DNA of 64,000 nt from Ignavibacteriota bacterium (GCA_963701295.1 OY969585.1:1824001-1888000); one strand, 5' to 3'. Positions 1 through 12,732 are shown, counted from the first letter of the stretch. Translations and numbers: made by a program. The notes: generated by a model from the letters alone, not told the origin.

Positions 1-1
1 A

Positions 2-28
2 TTAGCACTCACAGTATTAGAGTGCTAA
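2..28 (+). promoter_or_regulatory. CIRCE operator (HrcA binding site)
   Basis: Perfect TTAGCACTC-N9-GAGTGCTAA directly upstream of groES. Confidence 0.97.
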
Positions 29-80
29 TTCAATTTTTAGTCAACATATTCAAAATAACCAATAAAAGGAGGGCGTATTT

Positions 81-371
81 ATGATGCTCAAACCATTGGC
101 GGATCGCGTTGTTGTGAAACCGTCCAAAGCTGAAGAAAAGACCAAAGGCGGTATCATTGTTCCTGACACGGCAAAAGAAAAGCCGGTATGGGGTGAAGTG
201 ATTGCTGCTGGACCGGGAAGAGTTTCCGACGACGGAAAACTCATCTCGATGGAAGTAAAGGTCGGCAATATGGTTCTGTACGGAAAGTATTCCGGGACTG
301 AAGTCACATTTGAAGGCGAAGAGCTTTTGCTTATGCGCGAAAGCGACATCTTTGCGATAATGCCCAAGTAA
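81..371 (+). CDS. groES: Co-chaperonin GroES
   Basis: [25 protein letters not shown] and KYSGTEV motifs; GGAGG RBS; lies upstream of groEL. Confidence 0.99.
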   Translation: MMLKPLADRVVVKPSKAEEKTKGGIIVPDTAKEKPVWGEVIAAGPGRVSDDGKLISMEVKVGNMVLYGKYSGTEVTFEGEELLLMRESDIFAIMPK

Positions 372-2027
<1,656 letters not shown>

Positions 2028-2121
2028 AAAGCAGAAATCACGATCAGGAAACAAGAAGCAGTATAAAGATAGAAACTCCCTATTCTGATTAATGTTTCTG
2101 AACTTTTTGAAAGCATTTTAA

Positions 2122-2156
2122 GCGCCCCTCGACTGAAAGGTTTGAGGGGCGTTTTT
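2122..2156 (+). terminator. Intrinsic terminator after groEL
   Basis: CGCCCCTC...GAGGGGCG stem followed by TTTTT. Confidence 0.85.
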
Positions 2157-2160
2157 GTTC

Positions 2161-2189
2161 TTGACTCGTAATCTGAAAAATTGTATTAT
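2161..2189 (+). promoter_or_regulatory. Sigma70-type promoter for the PUR gene
   Basis: TTGACT-N17-TATTAT. Confidence 0.65.
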
Positions 2190-2377
2190 TTTACAAGAGA
2201 TAAAACGCCAGACTCATTCTTGATATCTCTTATTCGATTATGTTCCTTTTTTAAGATTGATTGAAGTTGTTTCGCTTTTCTGAGAAATCTATCAGAAGTG
2301 AAGCACGCAGTGCGTTTCGCTGTATCGATTCATCAATAATCCACTACATATCAATTTACTAATGAGGGAGTACTCCC

Positions 2378-2815
2378 ATGGATGCACTTTTCAGTAAAAT
2401 GCTCAAAGCAGGATCAACCACCTACTTCATGGATGTGAAGGAGGCGAAAAACAACAAAAAATATCTCACCGTCACAGCCAGTCAACCTGCAAAGGAAGGA
2501 GATAAAAAGTTTGCCAAACGCAGCGTGGTCGTTTTCAGTAGTGTTGCCGATGAATTTGTCAGCGCATTGAAAGAAGCAAACACCGTTATTAATGGCGAAG
2601 GTGAATTCACAAAGATGCTGAAATCCGGGAAGATCAACTACTTTGTAGACGTAAAAGAAGCGAAGAATAAAACACGGTACGTTTCCATTACTGAAAGCCA
2701 ACCTTCGAAAGAAGACCCGAAAAAGTTTGATAAACGCAGTATAACAGTATTCAATAATGCCGCCGACGATTTTGTCGGGGCATTAGAGGAGGCAGTGGGA
2801 CATTTGAAGCAATAA
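2378..2815 (+). CDS. PUR-family (DUF3276/Pur-alpha-like) ssDNA/RNA-binding protein with two tandem PUR repeats
   Basis: Two copies of F(S/T)KMLK(A/S)G..(T/N)YF.DVKEAKN...Y..(V/I)T.SQP..E..KKF.KRS..VF...AD(E/D)FV.AL.EA. Confidence 0.85.
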   Translation: MDALFSKMLKAGSTTYFMDVKEAKNNKKYLTVTASQPAKEGDKKFAKRSVVVFSSVADEFVSALKEANTVINGEGEFTKMLKSGKINYFVDVKEAKNKTRYVSITESQPSKEDPKKFDKRSITVFNNAADDFVGALEEAVGHLKQ

Positions 2816-2841
2816 ATAGTAAACAATGAAAAGTGAAATGG

Positions 2842-2875
2842 ACTGCGCCGGGTACTGCGAAGTGCTTGGCGCAGT
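2842..2875 (+). terminator. Stem-loop downstream of the PUR gene
   Basis: CTGCGCCGGGTAC/GTGCTTGGCGCAG 13-bp stem with G-U pairs; no strong U-tract. Confidence 0.5.
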
Positions 2876-2969
2876 GCTATTAAGATGAGTATATCCCGTC
2901 TATCGATTTGCTATTCTTGTCTTTCCAACCAAAATCCAGTATCTTTTATCTACATGGGAGTCACAACAT

Positions 2970-3000
2970 CTTGACTTGAGATCAGGTCAAGTTTTTTTTT
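2970..3000 (+). terminator. Intrinsic terminator just upstream of tilS
   Basis: CTTGACTTG-AGAT-CAGGTCAAG followed by T9. Confidence 0.7.
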
Positions 3001-3040
3001 CTATGGAGCGATCGGTGGAAATCGATCTGTTTCTTGCACA

Positions 3041-4421
3041 ATGAATCCATTGGAACTAAAACTAGAGGAATTTGTCCGGTTTCATCATCTTATCGCCCAG
3101 AAACAAACTGTTCTTTTGGCTGTAAGCGGCGGGATGGATTCGATGGTAATGCTGCATGTCATCTCACATCTTCGAGAACGATTCGATGTGCAGATTGCAC
3201 TTGTGCATGTGAATCACCAATTGCGCGGTGAAGAATCGATGGAAGATGAACGGTTTGTCCGGAAAATGTCAGCCTCTTATGGAATCTGCTTTTATGGTGA
3301 ACGATTGGATGTACTCTCCTATGCAGATGAGCATGGGCTTTCAAAACAAATCGCTGCCCGGCAGCTTCGCTATGCGTGTTTTGAACGAGTTCGTCAACAA
3401 GTAGGTGCGCAAGTCGTTGCGACCGCACATCACGCTGATGACAATGCTGAAACCGTTCTGCTCAATATTCTGCGCGGAACCGGTATCCATGGATTGGCAG
3501 GAATTCCCCTAAAACGCGAGATCGGACGTATCATTCGTCCGCTGCTTTTTGCAACTCGGAAAGAGATCGAGATGTATGCAATGGAAAACGGCATCAAGTA
3601 CCGAAATGACTCATCGAATATGTCACTTGCGTATCGACGAAACTTGCTACGTCACAGCATCCTTCCACCTTTGGTGAAACGTTTCCCCCATATTGTCGAA
3701 ACATTGAACATTGTTGCTGCTACCATGCGCGATGTAAGTGAAAAATTACACGCAATGGTAGATGAGGCGTTACGTTCTCTTTCCTATAAAGATTCTCAAG
3801 ATCGCTTGATGTTGGATGTGAAGAAACTTGAAAGGGAGCCGGACTTTTTATGGGACGAAATATTTGTGGAGCTTCTCCATCGTATGCATATTGAGCCAAC
3901 TGAAAAGAAAGTTGACGCGCTGCATAGACTCTGCACAATGCCTACGGGTCGGATTGTAGAATTGAGCGGTGAGTTTTCAGCATGCAGAGATCGACAGCAC
4001 ATCGTTTTTAAAAGAACGAACGAGGAGAGGTCGAACATTCGGTATGTCGAATTCGGCAGAATTTATGAATACCAAGGGTGCCAAATTTCTATCAGCAATC
4101 CTGAACCGGTGCCAGCGGTTTTATCAGATACACAAGAGGTGGAATATATCGATGCCGAGAGATTAGGTCGACAGCTTGTTTTGCGCCCGTGGCAGGCAGG
4201 CGATTGGTTCATTCCTCTCGGAATGACGACAAAAAAAAAGCTCAGCGATTTTTTCACTGATCAAAAAGTACCACGGTTTAAAAAAGGCGTCAATTCCCGT
4301 TCTGGAATCTGACGGAACTATTGTGTGGATTTGTGGCAAGCGGCTTGACAACCGATTCAAATTGACTGAACATACGCGGACGGCGATTCGGCTTACGTAT
4401 CAATCATCAACCCGAGCATAA
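3041..4421 (+). CDS. tilS: tRNA(Ile)-lysidine synthetase; apparent 1-nt insertion in the A6 run at 4280-4285
   Basis: PP-loop AVSGGMDS, ATAHHADDNAET and RPLL motifs. The ORF 3041-4312 loses its C-terminus, which continues in another frame (ASIPVLESDGTIVWICGKRLD...) to a stop at 4421, abutting hpt. Confidence 0.93.
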
Positions 4422-4422
4422 C

Positions 4423-4986
4423 ATGACGGAACTCTTGAGAATCAACGGCGACATGTTTGAACCATTCATCACGGAAAAACAAATCCGAAAACGAATCAAA
4501 GAACTTGCTGCCCGCATCAATGCCGATTATGCTGGAAGAGTACCGATTTTTATCGGTGTGCTCAATGGATCGTTCATCTTTCTTTCCGATCTCATCCGTG
4601 AAGTTACCGTTGATTGTGAGATTGATTTTTTTAAACTGTCCAGTTATGGGGATGCAAAAATTTCTTCAGGGCAGGTAACATTGCTGAAAGATCTGAATTG
4701 CCAGGTCTTCGGGCGTGACATCATTGTCGTTGAAGATATTGTTGATTCAGGGTTATCTATCACATTCATTAAGAAAATCATTGAGAAAGAGAACCCAAAA
4801 TCCCTGAAGTTTGTTTCATTGTTATTGAAAAAAGGTATTCCGAAGATCGATTTTCCGGTCGATTATATCGGATTTGAGATTCCGCCTGATTTCGTTATCG
4901 GCTATGGCTTGGACTACGCGCAAAAAGTTCGTAACTTGAAGTCGATTTATAGACTTACTCTGAAGGGAATTGCAAAAGCAGAGTAA
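4423..4986 (+). CDS. hpt: Hypoxanthine phosphoribosyltransferase
   Basis: [17 protein letters not shown] motif and FVIGYGLDY; classic tilS-hpt-ftsH order. Confidence 0.97.
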   Translation: MTELLRINGDMFEPFITEKQIRKRIKELAARINADYAGRVPIFIGVLNGSFIFLSDLIREVTVDCEIDFFKLSSYGDAKISSGQVTLLKDLNCQVFGRDIIVVEDIVDSGLSITFIKKIIEKENPKSLKFVSLLLKKGIPKIDFPVDYIGFEIPPDFVIGYGLDYAQKVRNLKSIYRLTLKGIAKAE

Positions 4987-4988
4987 GT

Positions 4989-7131
4989 GTGTTATTGATT
5001 ATGGAGTTTGAAATGAGTAGTGATATACAAAACGAAAACAAGGATGAGAAGGAACGGAACGCATCTCAGAAAAAACGTTCGACGCCCCCTCGTTTCCCAA
5101 AACGACCGATGAAACAACCGCACGAAGAAGATTCGCCATGGGGAAAATTCGGCAAAGTCATTTTGAGTTGGATTGCTATTATTCTTGCGGTGTTCCTTTT
5201 TATGTGGGCGTTTCGCACAAATGAGGAAACGGAATATGAGGTAGGCTTTACGACCTTTCAACAGTTATTGAATGATCAAAAGTTTGGCGATGCAACGGTC
5301 AAGATCAACGGGTATTCAATTTTCGATTTCCATGGGAAATTGAAAGAACCGATGGACATCCAAACCGCCAATGGAAAGACGGCCCGCAATGCCACACGCG
5401 TGACACTAACGCTTCCCTATACCAGTCTAGACGAATCGCTCGTCAATTCATGGATGGCAAAAGGACTAAAATTTCGGGTTGAGAAAGAAGATAATACATG
5501 GTTGAATGCTGCGATCAGTATTCTCCCCTGGATTCTGCTTCTTGGGATTTGGTTATTCATCTTCCGGCGAATGCAAGGCGGCGGCGCAGGCGGCGGAGCC
5601 AAGGGATTATTCTCGTTTGGCAAAAGCCGCGCGAAATTGCTCACCGAAGGATTGATGCAAATAACATTTGCTGATGTTGCAGGCGCCGACGAAGCGAAAG
5701 TAGAGCTGCAGGAGGTCATCGAGTTTCTCCGGGAGCCGGGGAAGTTCCAACGGTTGGGTGGAAAAATCCCGAAGGGCGTATTATTGCTCGGACCGCCGGG
5801 TACTGGCAAGACCTTGATGGCGCGCGCAGTTGCTGGAGAAGCAGGTGTTCCGTTTTTCTCCATCAGCGGTGCGGACTTTGTGGAGATGTTTGTCGGTGTA
5901 GGTGCAAGTCGCGTTCGAGATTTGTTCGAGCAAGGGAAACGAAGCGCACCATGCATTATTTTCATCGATGAAATTGACGCAGTAGGTCGGCACCGCGGTG
6001 CCGGAATTGGCGGTGGTCATGACGAACGGGAGCAGACACTTAACCAATTGCTTGTGGAGATGGATGGCTTTGAACAAAACACAGGTGTCATTATTATTGC
6101 GGCGACGAACCGGCCAGATGTTCTCGATCCGGCGTTGCTCCGGCCAGGGCGATTTGATCGACAAGTAGTAGTGGACCGACCGGATGTGAGAGGGCGCGAA
6201 GGAATTTTCCGAGTGCACACAAAGAACATTCCGCTGAATGAGGATGTGCGATCTAGAGGTACTTGCAAAAGGAACTCCGGGTTTATCCGGCGCCGATATT
6301 GCCAATCTTGTGAATGAAGCCGCGCTTCTTGCCGCCCGGCAAAACAGCAAAGCGGTCGCCATGCATCACTTTGAAGAGGCAAAAGATAAGGTGATGATGG
6401 GAACGGAACGAAAAAGCATGATCATCTCCGACCGTGAAAAGAAAACAACATCGTATCATGAGTCGGGTCACGTGCTCGTGGCAAGATTTTTACCAGAAGC
6501 CGATCCAGTGCATAAAGTAACGATCATCCCGCGTGGGCGCGCACTCGGTGTGACAACGTATTTACCGATCGATGAGAAACATTCCTACTCGCGTGAGTAT
6601 CTCGAAGCAATGATCACCTATATGCTTGGTGGGCGCGCGGCAGAAAAGTTGGTCTTCAATCAATTCACCACTGGTGCAGGCAACGATATTGAACGTGCCA
6701 CAGAACTTGCACGAAAAATGGTATGCGAATGGGGTATGAGTGAAAAACTCGGTCCGATGTCTTACGGCGCAAAAGAAGAAGAACTCTTCCTCGGTCGAGA
6801 GATTACCAAGACTCGGAACTTCAGTGAGAACACTGCCGTTGCTATCGATGCTGAAGTACGTTTAATCGTTACCAGTGCCATGAAGCGTGCGGATAAGATA
6901 TTGAAGGATAATATCAAGGTGCTGCACAGGTTATCGAACGCCTTGCTTGAGCGAGAGATATTAGACTCGGAGGAAATCGACAAGATCATTCGCGGTGAAG
7001 AACTTCCACCTGTTGATAAACGTGCCAATGGTACACCGGAATCATCAGAAACACCGTCGGCAGCGATCCCATTGCAGCCGAAAGCGAGTGTACCTAAACG
7101 ACCGGCATCAAGTGAAGCGAAAAAAACGTAG
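4989..7131 (+). CDS. ftsH: ATP-dependent zinc metalloprotease FtsH; apparent 1-nt insertion near 6248; start may be the ATG at 5013
   Basis: Two TM helices, Walker [15 protein letters not shown] and [20 protein letters not shown] in ORF 4989-6317; HESGH zinc motif in ORF 6238-7131. Confidence 0.95.
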
Positions 7132-7159
7132 TGCTTCACGCTGACCATGGAGAGTATCT

Positions 7160-7837
7160 GTGCCGCACGGTAGCGACCTGAAGCATCTTGACGAGAACGC
7201 GACGATAAACTATCGATATGAGATCGTACGGAAGGGAATTCATCTTTTTTCTCTTTCCATCCCTACAATATATTTTTTTATCTCCAAACAATTAGCTCTC
7301 TGCCTGCTTCTGCCGATCACGGTCGCGTTCATTGGCGTTGATACGGCGCGATATTATATTCCGTTTGTCTCTCGATGGTTCTATCGATGGTTCGGCTGGC
7401 TTTTGCGGCGGCATGAAACCGATACAAATCGAAAACGATTGAATGGCGCCTCGAATGTGCTCATCTCAGCTTCCTTGTGTGTTCTCCTCTTTCCTAAAGT
7501 GATTGCATTAAATGCATTCACTATTCTTATTATCTCGGATACGACATCGGCACTCGTTGGGAGGCGGTTTGGCAAGCATCGGTTCCTTGCGAAAAGTCTT
7601 GAAGGGTCGCTTGCATTCTTTATCTCCGCCGTGATAGTGATTCTTATTGCGCCAAAAGTGAGCCGTCTTCCCGCGGAGTACATTATCGGTATCGTCGCTG
7701 CGGCAATAGGCGCTGTTATTGAAGCGCTTCCGATCAGGATCGATGACAATCTTTCGATTCCTCTCGCGGTAGGGTTTTCCCTTTGGTGGCTTTACATGCT
7801 GTTTCTACCTGCTCTTGATCTCACACTGCTGATGTAA
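7160..7837 (+). CDS. SEC59/DGK1/VTE5-family (dolichol/phytol kinase, CTP_transf-like) membrane protein
   Basis: RKGIH, SDTTSALVGRRFG, KSLEGS and DDNLSIP motifs; multiple TM segments. Confidence 0.85.
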   Translation: MPHGSDLKHLDENATINYRYEIVRKGIHLFSLSIPTIYFFISKQLALCLLLPITVAFIGVDTARYYIPFVSRWFYRWFGWLLRRHETDTNRKRLNGASNVLISASLCVLLFPKVIALNAFTILIISDTTSALVGRRFGKHRFLAKSLEGSLAFFISAVIVILIAPKVSRLPAEYIIGIVAAAIGAVIEALPIRIDDNLSIPLAVGFSLWWLYMLFLPALDLTLLM

Positions 7838-8000
7838 TTTATTCTAATAGTTTTGTCTGAGCGGTGGATCGGATGTCTTTCCCGAGTCATCAAGATTGAA
7901 TTCTGAGCGCATTTCTAGATAAAAGGAGAGGCCTTTTCATGGCTTAAGATTTCTCTCAAGGAGGCATTCCATAAAAAGGCTTGGAGGGGGATATCTACTA

Positions 8001-10007
8001 CTACGCGGCTGCGGTTGTTTGACCTATATCAATACTCCTTAGGACTTTGGCGATCTGTTCGGGCGTTACCGGTTTATTCAAGATTGTGGTTACGCCGTAC
8101 TGCTTGAGCGCTTCGCGATTCGAATCTGAATCTTGTCCGGTGACTATAATTATGGGGATGTCGCTCGTTGCAGGATCTGCTTTAAGGCTGCGCACAAATT
8201 CCAAACCATCGAGATCAGGCATATCGTTATCGGAGATAATCATTTGCGGATGAAACTCGCGTGCAAGCTGTAATGCTTCTGCGCCATCTGCTGCATGCAG
8301 TACATTAGCATTGGGTAACACTCGCTTGATGTATCGAGTATGCAGCAGGCGTATTCCATGTTCGTCATCGACTACAAGAATGTTCTCACCTGCTTCAGGT
8401 TTGCTTTTCGGAAGCGTAATAAGAAAGAGTGTTCCGGTACCAGACGTGCTCTTCACTGAAATGTTGCCATGATGCTTCTGAACAATTTCATGTACGACGG
8501 GAAGGCCGAGGCCGGTTCCTTTTTCGCCTTGTAATCCTTTGCGCGTGTACTTCTCTTCAATTTTGAAAAGCTTATGCACATCATCTTCCGGAATGCCGAT
8601 GCCCGTATCGCGCACGCCGATGACCCAGTGATTACTTTGTTCCTCGATGAGATCTACCGTGACTGTTCCATTGGGTGGTGTGAACTTGAGCGAATTTCCC
8701 AGAAGATTTCCAAATACCTGGCCCAGCATATGTTTGTCACCATAGACCATCACTTTGGGCGGTAAGTTCGTCTGCAGTTTCACTTGTTTCTGAAGGGCAA
8801 GTCCCATCAGAGAATTCAAATTCTTCCGTACAATATCGTGCAGATCAAGTTCCACATGTTCCATCCGGATACGTCCTGATTCGAGACGCGACCAATCGAG
8901 CAGCTTATTCACGAGTGAGAGTTGGTCTTGTGCTGCTTCTTGTATATATGCCACAAATTGTAAGCGGTCTTCGGCTGTGAGCTGGTCGTTCTCTTTCAAC
9001 AAGATGTCGCAGAATCCCAGGATGCTGCTGAACGGAGAACGAAGGTCGTGTGATAAGATCGAGAAGAGCTTGTCTTTCTGTGCGTTCAAATCTGATAATG
9101 CGTTCTTTGATTTCTCCAGCGCCCAAACGTACTCCTGCAATTTCTTTTCCATTGCCTTGCGCGCGGTAATATCTTCCAACACGCCTTCGTAGCTGATCAC
9201 TTTTCCATCTTCATCCACTACCGTGCGGGCATTTTCCAGAACTGTGATGATTCTACCGTTCTTTCTCTTCAGGCTAATTTCCGTATTGACCACGTACCCT
9301 TTTTGATGCAGCGTTTCTGTCAATGCCTTGCGTTCTTCGGGATAGGCATATGTGTCGCGGGCAATGTCAAGGTCCGCAAGTTCATAGAAGTTGTTGTACC
9401 CAAGCAGCTTAAGCAATGCACGATTAGCGTTGATTAATTTTCCATTCGGACTGCTTTGGAACATCGGCATCACTGAGTTTGCAAATAAGCCGCGATATTT
9501 TGATTCGCTTTCGGTCAGAGCAGTGTGAGTAATTTTCTCGGCAGTAATATCACGGAATTGTGCAAGCATCAGCATTCGCCCATTATCCGATTCGACATAG
9601 GAATCGCACACTTCAACATCGAGGATTTGGTTGGTCCAGAGCACGAATCTTTTTTCATGCTGCAGTTCTGCCTCTCGATCCTTGAATCGTGATTCATACG
9701 CACGTGCTATCTTCTCACGGTTTTCCATGTCGGCATAGACACAGGTGAAGTGCTTGCCGATGAGTTCTTCAAACGTCATTCCCACAAGCCGGCAGTATGA
9801 CGGATTGACGGAGATGATCGTCCCTTTTTCATCTGTCAGTCTCATCCCTTCGTTCGAATTATCCCAGATGAAAGAAAGCACCTTTGCGGCGTTTTGCGGT
9901 CTATTCTCAGGGGATTTCTGCTTTTTTGCTACTCCTATCGATCTTGGTGTAATGGCTGCTGTCGGATTGAAAGGGATTATGTTGCCACTGATTGCTGCTA
10001 ATTCCAT
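8001..10007 (-). CDS. Cytoplasmic hybrid sensor kinase (PAS-PAS-HisKA-HATPase-REC)
   Basis: SHDLRSP H-box, NLLGNSLKFT, DTGIGI, GTGLGL; C-terminal REC (VVDD...SDNDMP...KP). Confidence 0.93.
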   Translation of the reverse strand: MELAAISGNIIPFNPTAAITPRSIGVAKKQKSPENRPQNAAKVLSFIWDNSNEGMRLTDEKGTIISVNPSYCRLVGMTFEELIGKHFTCVYADMENREKIARAYESRFKDREAELQHEKRFVLWTNQILDVEVCDSYVESDNGRMLMLAQFRDITAEKITHTALTESESKYRGLFANSVMPMFQSSPNGKLINANRALLKLLGYNNFYELADLDIARDTYAYPEERKALTETLHQKGYVVNTEISLKRKNGRIITVLENARTVVDEDGKVISYEGVLEDITARKAMEKKLQEYVWALEKSKNALSDLNAQKDKLFSILSHDLRSPFSSILGFCDILLKENDQLTAEDRLQFVAYIQEAAQDQLSLVNKLLDWSRLESGRIRMEHVELDLHDIVRKNLNSLMGLALQKQVKLQTNLPPKVMVYGDKHMLGQVFGNLLGNSLKFTPPNGTVTVDLIEEQSNHWVIGVRDTGIGIPEDDVHKLFKIEEKYTRKGLQGEKGTGLGLPVVHEIVQKHHGNISVKSTSGTGTLFLITLPKSKPEAGENILVVDDEHGIRLLHTRYIKRVLPNANVLHAADGAEALQLAREFHPQMIISDNDMPDLDGLEFVRSLKADPATSDIPIIIVTGQDSDSNREALKQYGVTTILNKPVTPEQIAKVLRSIDIGQTTAAA

Positions 10008-10492
10008 TATAACCTCCTGGAGACTTTCGTCTCACTCCTTTATTCTCTTCAGTATTGGCACAAGAGGGGTACCGTTAGGTTTATCGTCGATTTTCGAGCG
10101 GAATAGCAGTTTATATGCTTGAAATTCGTGCAGATTCTACAAAGAGATAGGGGATAAAAATGAGCTTAGAAAGGACCAAAGAACTGTCGACATACTTCGA
10201 TTGTGAACGAAGGAAAAATGGAAAGTAAATAAAAGAGGATGGATGGTGCGACCGCTCAAAGTATAAGACCGGGATTGTCTGACTTTAACTGATTTACTAT
10301 TACAGTGTTTCAGTCTAGTGTGATCAGGACTTGCTTGCCCGCCAGTTTTTTGGAGGGCGTTCTGACCGATACGACTGTTGAATGTCAGGAATCCCGCTTT
10401 GCTGGACCGACATCACTCACTTAATATTGGCGCACATTTCGGGGGATAACAAAACTAAAGTAGGTTCAATGCGCAAGATATCGGAAGCATTC

Positions 10493-11872
10493 CTAAGTCT
10501 TTATCTTATACTTTTCTGCAAGTCGATAAAGTGTTGCGCGTCCGATCTTTAATTTCATTGCAGCTTCTGCAATGTTGCCGTTTGCAATCTTGAGAGCATG
10601 CCGAATAGCGTTTTCTTTGAGTTTTTCTAATGGAGTAATCGTTTCTTGGCTCTCGAAGGAAAGGGAATGTTCTTTCGAGTCTGTCTCAGCATGTCCGTAG
10701 GATTGAATTGAGATAGGCAATTCTTTTTCCGTCAGTATCTGTCCGTCTGTTAAAACCATACCGCGCTGAATGACGTTTTCGAGCTCGCGCACATTGCCCG
10801 GCCAGGGATAATTGTAAAGCAAATCGAGAGCTTTATGCGAGAATCGAATCTTGGGCTTCCCAAGTTCCTCTCCAAGTTTCTTTAAAAAATAGTCGGCGAG
10901 CAAAAGGATGTCCGATTTTCGCTGGCGGAGTGGAGGAAGTATAATCGGAAATGATGAAATACGATAATACAGATCTTCTCTAAAATTCTTTTGTTTCACT
11001 TCTTCCCAGAGATTGCGATGAGTAGCGCAAATGAGTCGGGCATCAGTTTTGATTAATTCGCTGCCGCCGACCCGATCGAATTGTTTTTCCTGAATAACAC
11101 GAAGGATTTTTGCCTGCAGACTTAAATCCAATTCACCAATTTCGTCTAAGAAAATCGTGCCTCCGATTGCTTGCTCAAATTTTCCAATTCGCCGCTGAAC
11201 CGCACCGGTAAATGCACCTCGTTCATGGCCGAAGAGCTCGCTTTCCAGAAGGTCGTGAGGAATAGAAGCACAGTTCACGACCACAAAAGGGCCGCTTTGA
11301 CGGTTGCTGTTATAATGAATCGCACGTGCAATGAGCTCTTTGCCTGTTCCACTTTCCCCAAGAATGAGAACGCCAATATCGATCTGTTTCACTTTATTGA
11401 CGAGTTTGAACACTTCCTGCATTTCCCCGCTTTGTGAAACGATGTTGTCGAAATGCAAACGGGTCCCCACGCTTTCCCGTAAATCTTCCACTTCGCGGGA
11501 TAGGGATGCGAGCTTGAGAGAATTCTTTATTGCGATTTCTAGCCGTGGAAAATCTATGGGTTTGCTGAAATAATCTGCAGCACCAAGCTTCAGGGTTGTG
11601 ACCGCTAGTTCAATACTTCCTTGAGCTGAAAGAATAATGACAGGAATATTGGGATTACGCTGTTTGATTTCTTTTAACACATCAACGCCGTGGATGTCAG
11701 GAAGCATAAGATCCAACAAGACAAGATCCGGAAGTTCCGTCAGCTGATTGAGAAAAGATCTTCCGTCTGAAAATACTTTTGTCGTGTATCCCCACCGCTG
11801 ACCGACCCACATTTCAAGCAGCTTCGAAATAGTTATTTCATCATCGACAATATAGATTCGTTCTGTGCTCAT
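10493..11872 (-). CDS. Sigma54-dependent NtrC-family enhancer-binding response regulator (REC-AAA-HTH_8)
   Basis: GESGTGKE, ESELFGHERGAFTGA, FLDEIG and WPGNVREL motifs; Fis-type HTH; ATG at 11872 with GAGG RBS. Confidence 0.96.
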   Translation of the reverse strand: MSTERIYIVDDEITISKLLEMWVGQRWGYTTKVFSDGRSFLNQLTELPDLVLLDLMLPDIHGVDVLKEIKQRNPNIPVIILSAQGSIELAVTTLKLGAADYFSKPIDFPRLEIAIKNSLKLASLSREVEDLRESVGTRLHFDNIVSQSGEMQEVFKLVNKVKQIDIGVLILGESGTGKELIARAIHYNSNRQSGPFVVVNCASIPHDLLESELFGHERGAFTGAVQRRIGKFEQAIGGTIFLDEIGELDLSLQAKILRVIQEKQFDRVGGSELIKTDARLICATHRNLWEEVKQKNFREDLYYRISSFPIILPPLRQRKSDILLLADYFLKKLGEELGKPKIRFSHKALDLLYNYPWPGNVRELENVIQRGMVLTDGQILTEKELPISIQSYGHAETDSKEHSLSFESQETITPLEKLKENAIRHALKIANGNIAEAAMKLKIGRATLYRLAEKYKIKT

Positions 11873-11920
11873 TGCTGCCTCAGGTGGTGTTGGCAAGAAA
11901 GAAACATTTCTGCTGAAGGA

Positions 11921-12652
11921 TTATGAAACAATGGGAATTCGGATGATAAAGGTTGATCCTTCTCCAACTTGACTTTGCACAGTGATGTCGCCGCCGTGTT
12001 GATCAATAATGTGCTTTGCGAGAGCCAGTCCAACTCCGGTACCATGTGTTTCTTCATTTGGGCGATAGAGTTTCCCAAATCGTTTGAACAAAAAGGGAAT
12101 GTCTTTTTCCGGAATTCCCGGACCATCGTCTTGCACCGAAATAAGTGCTTGTTTGTCGATTGCTTCTGCTTTGAGAGTGACAGAGCCTCCGGGTTTTGTA
12201 AACCGGATAGCATTGTGAAGCACTTGGAATAGAGCGTTTGCTATTTTATCAGAATCGCACTTTGAAATAATTGGATCCTTTGGCAGATCTTTGGAAATTG
12301 TGATGGATTTGCTCAACGCCGGTCCGATGATAAGTGCTATTGCGCGATATATGATTTTTTGAATTTCAGATTCTTCAAACAAGAAATGAGCACGTCCTTG
12401 TTCAAGAGCGTCAAGTTCGATAAGGTCACCCACAATTTTTGCAAGTCGTAGTCCTTCATTCCGGATGTAATGCGCGTATTCTGTGCGTTGTCTTTTGTCG
12501 ATCTGCTCGTTTTCTTCGAGCATTGCCGCAAATCCTATAATGGAAGTAAGCGGAGTGCGGAATTCATGAGAAATTTGTGTAACAATTCGGTTCTTCAATC
12601 GCTGGATGCCAAAGAGATCCATTTCAATAGTAGTACTATTTTCTGTTTCCAT
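11921..12652 (-). CDS. Sensor-less histidine kinase (HisKA-HATPase)
   Basis: SHEFRTPLTSI, NAIRFT, DDGPGI and GTGVGL motifs. Start moved to the ATG at 12652 (AAGGGG RBS) because a sigma54 promoter lies inside the longer ORF. Confidence 0.88.
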   Translation of the reverse strand: METENSTTIEMDLFGIQRLKNRIVTQISHEFRTPLTSIIGFAAMLEENEQIDKRQRTEYAHYIRNEGLRLAKIVGDLIELDALEQGRAHFLFEESEIQKIIYRAIALIIGPALSKSITISKDLPKDPIISKCDSDKIANALFQVLHNAIRFTKPGGSVTLKAEAIDKQALISVQDDGPGIPEKDIPFLFKRFGKLYRPNEETHGTGVGLALAKHIIDQHGGDITVQSQVGEGSTFIIRIPIVS

Positions 12653-12717
12653 AGTTATTGCCCCTTGCCTCAAAGACATATTCATGTGATGAACTACGTC
12701 GTTATATTGTAAGTGAG

Positions 12718-12732
12718 GCAATCTATATGCCA
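12718..12732 (-). promoter_or_regulatory. Sigma54 -24/-12 promoter for the kinase/activator genes
   Basis: Minus strand reads TGGCAT-ATAGA-TTGC, with canonical spacing. Confidence 0.8.

Noticed and set aside
4277-4290. TTTAAAAAAG at the tilS frame break as a programmed frameshift or pseudogene
   Set aside because: tilS is normally essential and the break is one extra A in a homopolymer. Four similar breaks occur in the window, so assembly error is the simplest explanation; a read pile-up would decide.
6238-6317. Split ftsH (AAA and protease halves as separate genes)
   Set aside because: Removing one base near 6248 restores the continuous [14 protein letters not shown]; both halves are otherwise intact
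10330-10412. Short GC hairpins between the activator and hybrid kinase genes as a riboswitch
   Set aside because: No recognisable riboswitch consensus; more like small REP-type palindromes (a similar one lies near 48283-48305)
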